From NCBI RefSeq assembly GCF_008065095.1, contig NZ_CP042911.1:1800001-1832000 (forward strand): DNA of 32,000 nucleotides. The letters are read 5' to 3'. Position 1 is the stretch's first letter; each line of letters opens with the position of its first letter. Below, piece by piece: positions 7,416 through 15,729 of this stretch. The notes beneath the pieces were generated by a model. The model saw only the letters and a program-made list of their open reading frames with translations. It ran no database searches and had not been told where the DNA came from. This stretch comes from Gemmata obscuriglobus (GTDB lineage Bacteria; Planctomycetota; Planctomycetia; Gemmatales; Gemmataceae). The position numbers were made by a program, and so were the translations under genes.

Positions 7416-8369
7416 ATGACGGCTCTACCAACCAGCTCCCGCTCCGCGGACCCGCTCGCGTTCTACCCACACTTCCGGGCCGGGGCCGACGGGCTCACCC
7501 TCGCGACCCCGGCCAAACTCAACCTCTTTCTCGAAATCGTTCGGAAGCGGCCGGACGGGTACCACGACCTCGAGTCCCTGATGGTCGCGGTCGAGCTGTA
7601 CGACACGCTCGAGCTCCGGGCCGTGCCGGGCGGTGCGGTCGAGCTGCGGTGCGAACCGGACACGCTCGGTTCCGGCCCCGACAACCTCGTCCACAAGGCG
7701 GCGGCGGCGCTGCGGGCGGTGGCCGGTCGGCCCGACCTGGGCGCCCACATCCGGTTGACGAAGCGCATCCCGACGCAGGCCGGGATGGGGGGCGGGTCGA
7801 GCGACGCGGCGGCGGCGCTGGTCGGCTTGAACGAAATCTGGAAATTGGGGCTGACACGCGAGCAACTCGTCGCTATTGCCGCGTCCATCGGTTCGGACGT
7901 GGCCTTCTTCCTGGCCCTCCCGGCCGCGTGGTGCACCGGGCGCGGGGAAATTACCGCGCCCGAGCCGCCCCCGCGGCGCGCCCTCGACTTCGTGCTGGTG
8001 CTGCCGCCCGTCGGCGTGAGCACGCCGGCGGTGTTCAAGCGGCTCGTGGTGCCGGTCGGGCCGGTGGGCGGCGACCGCCTGCGGGCGGCGTTCCGCGCCG
8101 GCGACCCGGCGGCCGTCGGGGCGGCGCTCTTTAACCGGCTGGAGCCGGCCGCGTTCGGGGCCGAGCCGCTGGTGGGGCGGCTCCGCACGCGGCTCGCGGA
8201 GCTGCACCCGGCCCCCTGCGGGGCGCTGATGTCGGGCAGCGGCTCGACGGTGTTCGCGGTGTGCCGCGACCGCTCCCACGCGCTCGAAGTCGCCGCGGCG
8301 TTCCGGAACTCGCGCCCGGCGGATGAGCCCGAATCACGTGTCCTGATCGTTCGCGGCGTCGCGCTCTGA
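7416..8369 (+). CDS. ispE: 4-diphosphocytidyl-2-C-methyl-D-erythritol kinase
   Basis: Part of track ORF 7341..8369. Start taken at the ATG at 7416 (MTALPTSS...). PAKLNLFLEIVRKRPDGYHDLESLM, KRIPTQAGMGGGSSDAAAAL (GHMP kinase motif) and SGSGSTVFAV. Confidence 0.85.
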   Translation: MTALPTSSRSADPLAFYPHFRAGADGLTLATPAKLNLFLEIVRKRPDGYHDLESLMVAVELYDTLELRAVPGGAVELRCEPDTLGSGPDNLVHKAAAALRAVAGRPDLGAHIRLTKRIPTQAGMGGGSSDAAAALVGLNEIWKLGLTREQLVAIAASIGSDVAFFLALPAAWCTGRGEITAPEPPPRRALDFVLVLPPVGVSTPAVFKRLVVPVGPVGGDRLRAAFRAGDPAAVGAALFNRLEPAAFGAEPLVGRLRTRLAELHPAPCGALMSGSGSTVFAVCRDRSHALEVAAAFRNSRPADEPESRVLIVRGVAL

Positions 8370-8401
8370 TTTCGTTCAGATCCCGCTGAAGGAGACTTGC
8401 G

Positions 8402-8980
8402 GTGGTCATCACGGAAGTTCGCATCAAGCTGTGTGAGGAGAACAACGAGCGGCTGCTCGCGTTCTGCTCGGTCACCTTTGACAACGCCTTCGTCGTCCGG
8501 GATCTGAAAATCATCGAGGGCACGAAGGGCATCTTCGTGGCGATGCCCAGCCGCAAGCTCACCGACCGGTGCGGCCGGTGCGGCGGCAAGAACCACCTGC
8601 GGTCGCGGTTCTGCAACCAGTGCGGCACCCGCCTGGACGACCAGCGGGCGATGCGGGCCGTCGACGGCCGCGCGAAGCTGCACGCGGACATCGCGCACCC
8701 GATCCACAGCGGCGCCCGCGAGATGATCCAGGGCGCGGTGGTGGACGCCTACGCGAAGGAGAAGGAGCGGGCCAAGCTGCCGGGCTACGTCTGCACCTAC
8801 GACGAGTTCGACTACGACGACGACGTGCCGGTGAGCTACGGCGGGATGGTGACGGAGATGGGCAAGACCGTGAAGGCGCACGGCCCGCACACCGGCCCGA
8901 AGGGGACGCACTTCCACAGCACCGACGCGCCCGCCGAGAGCGTCAAGAAGGCCGACGGGTTCGCCGACGGCATCGCCTGA
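8402..8980 (+). CDS. spoVG: SpoVG family protein with an inserted CxxC...CxxC zinc-ribbon segment and an acidic C-terminal extension
   Basis: GTG start at 8402, preceded by [52 protein letters not shown] and then [23 protein letters not shown] are the two halves of the SpoVG fold. Between them lies [21 protein letters not shown]. Confidence 0.85.
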   Translation: MVITEVRIKLCEENNERLLAFCSVTFDNAFVVRDLKIIEGTKGIFVAMPSRKLTDRCGRCGGKNHLRSRFCNQCGTRLDDQRAMRAVDGRAKLHADIAHPIHSGAREMIQGAVVDAYAKEKERAKLPGYVCTYDEFDYDDDVPVSYGGMVTEMGKTVKAHGPHTGPKGTHFHSTDAPAESVKKADGFADGIA

Positions 8981-9010
8981 ATCCTTCGCGGTAAACGACG
9001 AAACACATCA

Positions 9011-9033
9011 GCCCCGAGATCCTACCTCGGGGC
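9011..9033 (+). terminator. Hairpin downstream of spoVG (GCCCCGAG-ATCCTAC-CTCGGGGC), no T-tract
   Basis: Perfect 8-bp GC-rich stem 30 nt after the stop codon. The lack of a U-run makes the intrinsic-terminator call weak. Confidence 0.35.
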
Positions 9034-9071
9034 CGACGGCGCTGGCTGCCCGGTTCACTTCCCGACCTGTA

Positions 9072-9254
9072 GCGCGGGCCGCTCACGGCACCGCCCGTCC
9101 CCGAAATCGCTCGAGGGTTCGAGTGACCGCGATCCGCGAGGTTGTCCCGGGCCGAACCCGGGAGCGATTTCGGGGACGGTTTGCGGTGCTGGAACCGCGC
9201 TCCTCGTGCGGGGGGGAGGCGGAACGCCCGGCCGATGCAACATCGGCCTGTCGC
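9072..9254 (+). repeat. Structured intergenic element, copy A (conserved 5' and 3' frame around an 18-bp-arm hairpin)
   Basis: Arms CCGTCCCCGAAATCGCTC (9095-9112) and GAGCGATTTCGGGGACGG (9162-9179). The 3' block GCGGTGCTGGAACCGCGCTCC ... GCCCGGCCGATGCAACATCGGCCTGTCGC is shared with copy B at 18576-18760. Terminal hairpin GGCCGATG-CAA-CATCGGCC (9230-9248). Confidence 0.6.
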
Positions 9255-9509
9255 CCAAAAACAACCAACACACAGAATCAACAAAGTAAGTGCCATTGGG
9301 CCGGAGGCCCGCGCTCCAGCGCCTCGTCGTGCGGTGCTCCCGGTACGAGCGGATGTAGCGGGGGGGGATAGCGTGGTGCCAACGGCGGCAGCCGACTGGT
9401 CACCGACGGGACATCTCTACCCCGTCGCTGGGGGGCCGCTACCACGAAATGCGCGCCCCGTTCCGGCGTCATACCCCGGGCGACGGCCGACATCAGGCCC
9501 GGTGCCATC

Positions 9510-9540
9510 TGGATAATGGTGGCGCAGCGTCGGGTACAAT
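9510..9540 (+). promoter_or_regulatory. Candidate sigma70-like promoter (TGGATA-N19-TACAAT) upstream of the DUF1559 gene
   Basis: Good -10 hexamer TACAAT at 9535-9540. The -35 is weak and the spacer is over-long. Sequence inspection only. Confidence 0.2.
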
Positions 9541-9577
9541 CAGTCCGCGCCGAGCGATTCAAATGGCGGGGGGTGTC

Positions 9578-10405
9578 ATGTCTCGTTCAGCACGCAGAGG
9601 CTTGAGCCTCGTTGAAGTTCTTGTCGCCATCGCCATCGTTGTGATCCTGATCGGCCTGCTCATGCCGGCCACGCGGCGTATCCATGAGGCAGCGGGGCGT
9701 GTGAAATGCCAGAATAATTTCAAACACTTGATACTGGGATTACATAACGCGCACGACGTGAGCAGTTCCGTGCCGATGTTGCCGTGGGTGAATCGCCGGA
9801 GCGAGCCGTCGTTCCCGCCGGGGTGTTTCGGCCCAGGAGCGGCACCCGAAGAGCGGCTCAGTTGGATGGTGGCCTTACTGCCACATGTGGAACAGGAATC
9901 ACAAGGAGCACTGTACCGGCGGTTCGATCGCGAGAAGGGCTATGCGGCGAATCTCCCTGCGGGTCAGACTTCGGTGACGGCGTTTATCTGCCCCTCATCG
10001 CAGGAAGCAACTACGGTGGCCGGGTTGACCAACTACGTCGCGATGGCCGGGCTCGGTTCGGAGGCCGCGTCCCGACCGGCGGGCGCCGCGGGCAACGGGT
10101 TCATGGGGTACGACCGCGTTACTCCGATCTCGATGATTAAAGATGGCACCTCGAACACCATCGCGCTGACGGAAACGCGCGTCGGCCTCGGGCCGTGGGC
10201 GCGCGGCGGTCCGTCGAACCTTCGCGGGTTCGAGTCTGCCGAATTCTTGAATCACGCAGAAGGGCGTTCCCGTTCGAACGTGCCTCACGGTATGAATGTC
10301 GGGATGGCTGACGGCTCGGTCCGGTTTATTGGGCCGTGGACCGATCCGAAGAAGCTGGTCGCCGCGATCACGATCGCTGGCGGAGAGACGACCGAACTGG
10401 ATTGA
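9578..10405 (+). CDS. DUF1559 / prepilin-type N-terminal cleavage-methylation domain protein (H-X9-DG family)
   Basis: Part of track ORF 9449..10405. Start at the ATG at 9578 (or 9563). MSRSARRGLSLVEVLVAIAIVVILIGLLMPA is a type IV pilin-like N-terminus. KCQNNFKHLILGLHN, GTSNTIALTE and H..GMNVGMADGSVRFI form the H-X9-DG C-terminus. Confidence 0.85.
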   Translation: MSRSARRGLSLVEVLVAIAIVVILIGLLMPATRRIHEAAGRVKCQNNFKHLILGLHNAHDVSSSVPMLPWVNRRSEPSFPPGCFGPGAAPEERLSWMVALLPHVEQESQGALYRRFDREKGYAANLPAGQTSVTAFICPSSQEATTVAGLTNYVAMAGLGSEAASRPAGAAGNGFMGYDRVTPISMIKDGTSNTIALTETRVGLGPWARGGPSNLRGFESAEFLNHAEGRSRSNVPHGMNVGMADGSVRFIGPWTDPKKLVAAITIAGGETTELD

Positions 10406-10413
10406 ACATTGCC

Positions 10414-11118
10414 GTGCGATATCACATTCTCACGACGGCCCTTCGCTGTCTCGCGGTCGCGCTGATTCTGCGGGTGTTGGTCACGATTTTGGCCAACTAC
10501 CCCGACTACTTCCCGCCCAACTTCGACGCCCTCTTCCTGCTGGGGCGTGAGGAGACGTTTACCGGCGCTTATCGGGTGGCGTTTTACGTCCACATCTTCT
10601 CCGCGCCGGTGGTGCTGCTCGGCGGGCTGATTTTGCTGAGCGAACACGTGCGCCGACGGTACGACGGGTTGCATCGTGTGTTGGGGCGGGTTCAGGTGCT
10701 CGTGCTGCTGACGCTGATGTTGCCGAGCAGTGCGGTGATGGCCCCGCACGCCTTCGGTGGCTGGTGGGCGGGTGTGAGCTTCTTCGTGCTGTCGGCTCTG
10801 ACTGCGCTGTGTGCCGTCGCGGGTGTTATGGCCGCGCGCCGCGGCCGTTACGACCGGCACCGCCGCTGGATGCTCCGCTGCTTCGTGCTGATGTGCTCGG
10901 CGGTGGTACTGAGGCTGATATCGGGTGCGGCGGGACTGATTGGAGTATCGAGCCCCGAAGGCGCGTACGTCGTCGCGGCGTGGAGCAGTTGGGTCATTCC
11001 GCTCGTGCTCTACGAGATTGCGGAGCGGTTGGTCAGACGAGGTTCGATGTTCACAGCGGGTCCGACGGCGGGAACATGGACCGCAGCAGCCGCGCCGAGA
11101 GGTCGAACTCGGGGGTGA
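10414..11118 (+). CDS. Polytopic membrane protein (DUF2306-like)
   Basis: Part of track ORF 10336..11118. Start at the GTG at 10414 or the TTG at 10402, just after or overlapping the upstream stop. Several hydrophobic helices with HRVLGR and HRRWM motifs. The last 68 nt overlap the convergent gene ending at 11051. Confidence 0.6.
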   Translation: MRYHILTTALRCLAVALILRVLVTILANYPDYFPPNFDALFLLGREETFTGAYRVAFYVHIFSAPVVLLGGLILLSEHVRRRYDGLHRVLGRVQVLVLLTLMLPSSAVMAPHAFGGWWAGVSFFVLSALTALCAVAGVMAARRGRYDRHRRWMLRCFVLMCSAVVLRLISGAAGLIGVSSPEGAYVVAAWSSWVIPLVLYEIAERLVRRGSMFTAGPTAGTWTAAAAPRGRTRG

Positions 11119-13258
11119 AGCCGAGTTCCACGTTCGCCACCGTGCTCACCCGGATGTGCATCGACTTCACCGGGCCGATCGGCTGGCCGTCGATGAACCC
11201 GCGGATCGGCCGCTTGCCGTTGAAGTCCAGCGTGGTGAACGACACGTGTGCCGTCTCCGGGAGCGCCACCGGCTTCCAGAACCGCGGCCGGAATACGTTC
11301 GACCCCGCCAGCGTGAACACCGGAGCCGTTAACGGAACCGAGGTCGCCCCCATCGCACGCGCATACGCACTCGAACCGGCCGGCGTGGCGACCAACAGGC
11401 CGTCGCCCACCACCCGCGGCACCTGCGTGTGCCCGTCCACGTCGATTTTGAGCCACGCCGCTTGCCCGCTGTCGCGCTCCACCCACGCGTCCGCGAACGC
11501 CAGCGACTGCACCCGCTTGCCGTCCGGCAGTTCGGCGTCCACGCGCATCATCGGCATGCGGTACAGCACGATTTCCGTATTTTCCAGCGACGGCGGCAGT
11601 CGCTCGTTCATCAGAAACCCGAGCGTGCCCGCGTTCAGCCCCAGGAACGGCAGCCGCAGCCGCCAGTGGTCGCGGATCGCCTGGAGCATCGTCCCGTCGC
11701 CGCCCAGCACGAGGATGTGCGTCGGGTCGGGGGATTCGAGGTGGCGGAACGGTTCCGCCGCCCGCAGCGCCTTCTCGCTCCGGTCCGCGGCCACGATCTT
11801 CAGCCGCGGACCGCTCAGGTGCACGCGGGTCTCGCGTGGGATCGTCAGCCCCGTGAACAGGTGGTACCGCCGGATGTACTCGTCCACCTGTTCCGAAACG
11901 TCGGGGCGGGCGTTCCCGTGCTGGAACACCCGCAGCCGGATGTCGGCGGTCGCGATGTGCCCGTCGACCGCGAGGAGCTGGCACTTCGGCGGCAGGTCGT
12001 CGGCGTCGGGGGCGGCCCCGGGTGGGTGCAGCACCACGAACCGGCGCGTCGCCCAGGCGTCGAGCCCGAGTTCCCACTTGTTGTGGATGGCCGACTCGCT
12101 CGCCCGCCCGCCGGTGACGAACTCGGCCGGAACCACGTGCCACAGCTCGCCGCGGTCGCCCAGCAGGTCGTCGAGCGAGAAGTGGGGGGTGAACGTGGCG
12201 TCGTCGAGGTCGGACAGGTCGACCGTGACGCCGGGCACGTCCTTGAACGCGAGGTCCGTGAGGATCGCGCGGTGGACCGGCTTGGCGTGCTCGACCTCCG
12301 GGCCGTCGCACCGCGGGCCGGACGGTCGCACGATCACCTCATCAAACCCCTTCTCGCGGAGCAGTTCGACCACCTTGCGGTGGTACGTGGTGGGCGGGTC
12401 GAAGCTGCCCGTGAACACGGCCACCTTGCGCGTGGGCTTCGCCCGCGCGGCCGGCCGGTCCACGTGGCGGCGGGCCGTTCGGGCCAGCACCGCCGCCGCC
12501 GCGTCGAGCGCCGGGAGCGCGAGGAGCGCGCCGAGCCCGTCGGGGGAACCCCTCCCCTCGATCACACGCGCCGCAGTGCCCGGCGCGACCCGCTCGGCCA
12601 CGTGCGCCCCGGCCCGCGCCGGGGCACCGGCCGCCAGCACCGTCAGCCCCAACTCGCTCGCTTTCGCGACGAGCCCCGCGAGCGCCGCGACGTCCGACCC
12701 GCCGACGGCCCCGAACACGCCCATCGGGTCGTCGGCCGGCTCGTGGAGCGCGAGCACCCGCTCCGCCACGGCCGCGCTGTCGGCGCCGATGGCGTCCGCG
12801 GCGAGCACCCGGACGCCGGCCGCGTGGGCCAGTTCGGCTTCTTTCTGGCCGGCGGAGAACGCGGCCCGGAACTCGTCGGCGGTGAGCGCCGGCCCGGCCC
12901 CGGCGTCGCCCGACCCGGAGCGCGTCTTCCGGCACCGGTACCGCGGCGATTCCGCCAGCCCGTCGCACCACGTGCCGACGTCCACCACGATCAGCTCGGT
13001 GCCGGTCGCCTTCGCGAGAACGGCCGTCGCCGAGGCGCCGGAGGTGAGGTCATGAATCGCGTCGCCCACCCGGCTCTCGGCGTCCGGTCCGTGGTCCGCG
13101 GCGAACAGCACCAGCCGCCGCGGGCTTGTGACCGGGCGGAGCGTCCCCTGGGCGCGGCACAGTTGCTCCGCGACCGCCATCAGCTCGCCGAGCCCGCCCT
13201 CCGGCGCGGCCAGCGCGGCAATGTGATCGCGGATCTCGTTCTGCGTCGGGTTCGACAT
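11051..13258 (-). CDS. Three-domain fusion: CobT-like (DMB phosphoribosyltransferase fold, degenerate) + nicotinate/nicotinamide mononucleotide adenylyltransferase + NAD kinase
   Basis: Part of track ORF 11051..13318. Start at the ATG at 13258 (MSNPTQNEI...). CobT-like: GGLGELMAVAEQLCRAQGT..RLVLFAADHG...ELIVVDVG. Adenylyltransferase: VAVFTGSFDPPTTYHRKVV (GxFxPxxxxH). NAD kinase: ILVLGGDGTMLQA, LGLNAGTLGFL, VATPAGSSAYARAMG. Confidence 0.85.
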   Translation of the reverse strand: MSNPTQNEIRDHIAALAAPEGGLGELMAVAEQLCRAQGTLRPVTSPRRLVLFAADHGPDAESRVGDAIHDLTSGASATAVLAKATGTELIVVDVGTWCDGLAESPRYRCRKTRSGSGDAGAGPALTADEFRAAFSAGQKEAELAHAAGVRVLAADAIGADSAAVAERVLALHEPADDPMGVFGAVGGSDVAALAGLVAKASELGLTVLAAGAPARAGAHVAERVAPGTAARVIEGRGSPDGLGALLALPALDAAAAVLARTARRHVDRPAARAKPTRKVAVFTGSFDPPTTYHRKVVELLREKGFDEVIVRPSGPRCDGPEVEHAKPVHRAILTDLAFKDVPGVTVDLSDLDDATFTPHFSLDDLLGDRGELWHVVPAEFVTGGRASESAIHNKWELGLDAWATRRFVVLHPPGAAPDADDLPPKCQLLAVDGHIATADIRLRVFQHGNARPDVSEQVDEYIRRYHLFTGLTIPRETRVHLSGPRLKIVAADRSEKALRAAEPFRHLESPDPTHILVLGGDGTMLQAIRDHWRLRLPFLGLNAGTLGFLMNERLPPSLENTEIVLYRMPMMRVDAELPDGKRVQSLAFADAWVERDSGQAAWLKIDVDGHTQVPRVVGDGLLVATPAGSSAYARAMGATSVPLTAPVFTLAGSNVFRPRFWKPVALPETAHVSFTTLDFNGKRPIRGFIDGQPIGPVKSMHIRVSTVANVELGFTPEFDLSARLLRSMFPPSDPL

Positions 13259-13291
13259 GCGGCGGTACCGTGCGGAAACGGAACACGCCCG

Positions 13292-13318
13292 ATTGTATTC
13301 AGGGATGTGCCAATGCAA
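13292..13318 (-). promoter_or_regulatory. Candidate promoter for the NAD-fusion gene (TTGCAT-N15-TACAAT on the minus strand)
   Basis: Reverse complement of 13292-13318. The -10 TACAAT lies about 30 nt upstream of the ATG at 13258. The spacer is short (15-16 nt). Confidence 0.3.
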
Positions 13319-13339
13319 CCGGGCGCGACGAAGTTGAAT

Positions 13340-13382
13340 GCGCCGGTGCGGGCCGGGGATGGCTCGCCGCCCGCACCGGCGC
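13340..13382 (-). terminator. Hairpin immediately downstream of the M28 peptidase gene (14-bp perfect GC-rich stem)
   Basis: GCGCCGGTGCGGGC (13340-13353) and GCCCGCACCGGCGC (13369-13382) with a 15-nt loop. It starts 9 nt after the stop codon (13391-13393) on the minus strand. Only a weak T-rich tail follows. Confidence 0.5.
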
Positions 13383-13390
13383 GTCGGGTG

Positions 13391-15286
13391 TTACTCTTCC
13401 AGCTTGGCCTTGAGCGTCAGCTTCTTGCCTTTGCGGTCCACGACGATGTCGATCGTGGTGCCGATCTTCTGGGCGCTCATCGCGGTCATGTACGCGCCGA
13501 CGTTCGGCGTCGGCTTGCCGGCCACCTCGACGATGATGTCGCCGTCCTTCAGCCCGGTTTTTTCGGCCACCCCGCCGGGGGTCACGCCTTCGAGGCGCAT
13601 GCCTTCCCCTTCGTACATGTAATCGGGCCGCACGCCGAGCCGCGGCCCCTGCGGGCCGCGCGGCGCCTCGGTCGGGTCGCGCCACGGGTCGCTCACGACC
13701 TGGAACTTCGGCGCCGCGCTCCGTGTCGTCAGATCGTCGGCGAGCGACTGGGCGAAGTCCGCCGTCTTCTTCAGCCCCTCAATATTGATCCGCTCGGGCA
13801 CGTCGGTCGGCCGGTGGTACTCGCCGTGCGTGCCGGTGTAGAGGAACAGCACCGGAACCTTCTTCCGGTAGAACGAGTCGTGGTCGCTCGGGCCGGTCCC
13901 GGCCTTCTGCGCGCTCACCCGGAAGTCCGACTTCGCGCTCACCTGGTCCACGAGCTTGTCGAGCCCGGTGCCGGTGCCGGTGCCGTACACGACGAGGCGG
14001 TCCTTCTTGCCGAACAGCCCGAGCCAGTCGGCGCTGACCGGTTGCGTGCGGCCGATCATGTCCATGTTGATCATCGCCACCGTCTTGTCGAGCGGGAACA
14101 GCGGCTCCTTGCAGTAGTGGATGGAGCCGTACAGCCCGCGCTCCTCGGCGGTGAACGCCACGAACACCAGTCGCCGCCCCTGGCGGTTCTTGGCCGCGCC
14201 GTACCGGCGGGCCAACTCCATCAGGCCCGTGGTGCCGCTCGCGTTGTCGTCGGCCCCGTAGTGGATCTTCCCCTTCCCGTCCTTGGCGAGGCTGCCCCAG
14301 GAGCCGTACCCGACGTGGTCGTAGTGCGCGCCGATCACCACCGTTTCGTCCTTCAGCGGTCCGGAACCCTCCAGCACGCCGACGATGTTCTTCACCTTCA
14401 GGTCGGTCCGCTCGACCGTCACCTCGGCGCGGGCGGTCCAGTCGGCGACGGCGAACGAGCGCGGCTTCAGGTCGCCGCCGATGGCCGTTTCGAGGTCGGT
14501 CAGCGACTTCCACGGCCCGCCGGCGAGGACTTCATCGATGACCGCGCGCTTGACCATCACGACCGGGATGGTCGCGGGGGTGGTGCCGGTGGCGTGGAGG
14601 GGGTACGGCGCGAGGGCGTCGGTCTTCCCGGCGGCCCCGGCGTCGTTCACCATGATGACGCCAGCGGCCTTGTTCGCCTGCGCCAGCTCGATCTTGGTGG
14701 CGAACGCGGCGTGCGTGCTGTCCTCGCCGTCGGGCACCGTCGTGTCGAACCGCTTGTCGCCCTTTTCGTTGTAACGGGGGGTGCGGCGCAGGATCACGAC
14801 GAACTTCCCCTCAACGTTCTGGCCCGCGTAGTCGTCGTACTTGAGGGCGGGGGCGGTGATCCCGTACCCGACGAACACGAGGCCCGCGTCGGCCTTGCTC
14901 GTGGGGCTGAAACCCATCGCCGTGAAGTCGGTGTTGAGCTTCAGTTCCTTCTTGGCGTCGTTCGGGCCGGCGATCGTGAGCGAAGTCGGTTTGGAGAGCT
15001 TCGCCGACATGGTGACGGTAAACGGCTGGAAGTACGACCCGTCCTTCATGGCCGGCTTCAGGCCGGCGGCCTTGAACGTCTCGGCGACGTAGTCGGCGGC
15101 CTTCTCAATGCCCTTGGTGTCGATCCCGCGGCCCTCGCACTCCGGGCTCGCGAGGAAGAAGATGTCCTTGCGCATCCGCTCGAGGATCGGGTTGTCGAGC
15201 GGCTTTTGGGCCTGGGCCGAATGCACGAGCGCGAGCACCGCGGTCAGTGCGACGGCCCCCGCGAGCGGGCGGAACAGGGAAGACAT
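13391..15286 (-). CDS. Secreted M28-family metallopeptidase with PA domain and C-terminal PDZ domain
   Basis: Part of track ORF 13391..15382. Start at the ATG at 15286 (MSSLFRPLAGAVALTAVLALVHSAQA), preceded by AAGGA. HYDHVG, GADDNASGTTGLMELAR, FTAEERGLYGS and MINMDMIG are M28 zinc-ligand blocks. C-terminal LEGVTPGGVAEKTGLKDGDIIVEVAG is PDZ-like. Confidence 0.85.
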   Translation of the reverse strand: MSSLFRPLAGAVALTAVLALVHSAQAQKPLDNPILERMRKDIFFLASPECEGRGIDTKGIEKAADYVAETFKAAGLKPAMKDGSYFQPFTVTMSAKLSKPTSLTIAGPNDAKKELKLNTDFTAMGFSPTSKADAGLVFVGYGITAPALKYDDYAGQNVEGKFVVILRRTPRYNEKGDKRFDTTVPDGEDSTHAAFATKIELAQANKAAGVIMVNDAGAAGKTDALAPYPLHATGTTPATIPVVMVKRAVIDEVLAGGPWKSLTDLETAIGGDLKPRSFAVADWTARAEVTVERTDLKVKNIVGVLEGSGPLKDETVVIGAHYDHVGYGSWGSLAKDGKGKIHYGADDNASGTTGLMELARRYGAAKNRQGRRLVFVAFTAEERGLYGSIHYCKEPLFPLDKTVAMINMDMIGRTQPVSADWLGLFGKKDRLVVYGTGTGTGLDKLVDQVSAKSDFRVSAQKAGTGPSDHDSFYRKKVPVLFLYTGTHGEYHRPTDVPERINIEGLKKTADFAQSLADDLTTRSAAPKFQVVSDPWRDPTEAPRGPQGPRLGVRPDYMYEGEGMRLEGVTPGGVAEKTGLKDGDIIVEVAGKPTPNVGAYMTAMSAQKIGTTIDIVVDRKGKKLTLKAKLEE

Positions 15287-15558
15287 ACCGTGTGATCCTT
15301 CAATAAAGGCGGGGCGGGTTCGGTGCGTTCGGGAGAGGGATTTCTGGGCGCTATTATGCGGCACCGGCGCAACTGCGGGCAAGTGGCTGCGTCTTCCGAA
15401 GGTGGTCGGGGGCGCGGGCCGAAGGAAACGCGAAAGAAAATCCGAAACCGCGCGAACCCGCCCTTGGAGCTTGTGTCTGAGAGGAGTAACCGCACCGGGG
15501 TTCTCCGGTGGCGGGTGTTTCGTTAGAAATGGAAACTGGGAAAAGCGGTAAGAGTCGG

Positions 15559-15587
15559 TTGCCAGACGGTCGCGGGGCTGTTAATCT
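15559..15587 (+). promoter_or_regulatory. Candidate sigma70-like promoter TTGCCA-N17-TAATCT in the AT-richer spacer
   Basis: 5/6 match at -35, ideal 17-nt spacer, weak -10. Lies about 140 nt upstream of the small ORF at 15730. Confidence 0.2.
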
Positions 15588-15729
15588 TACAGACCGTGAC
15601 CGGTGACTCCGGCTCATGTCCTTTTCCCAAACCCTGAACCCTTAATTTCCTCTAACTGTTCGAGATGACTTCTTAATTCATCCTGGGTGCGGCGCTCAAC
15701 CGCATCACAACGTTCGACGGAGGTGTGCG

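Noticed and set aside
9072-9254. Idea that the structured elements A and B are integron attC sites (conserved ends, variable palindromic core)
   Set aside because: I could not identify RYYYAAC/GTTRRRY core sites at the ends. There is no integrase or cassette-like gene organisation in the window.
10224-10240. tRNA T-loop-like GGGTTCGAGTC
   Set aside because: It lies inside the well-supported DUF1559 coding frame. The flanks do not form T-stem, acceptor or anticodon arms.
11051-11118. 68-nt convergent overlap between the DUF2306-like gene and the NAD fusion gene
   Set aside because: This most likely just reflects a poorly constrained C-terminal tail of the membrane protein in GC-rich DNA, where stop codons are rare. 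There is no evidence of regulatory significance. I kept it as an annotation caveat only.
11429-15295. 1288-aa ORF on the plus strand
   Set aside because: It lies entirely antisense to two well-supported minus-strand genes (the NAD fusion protein and the M28 peptidase). The translation is Arg/Gly/Pro/Ala/Val-rich low complexity with no motifs. This is a typical high-GC shadow ORF.
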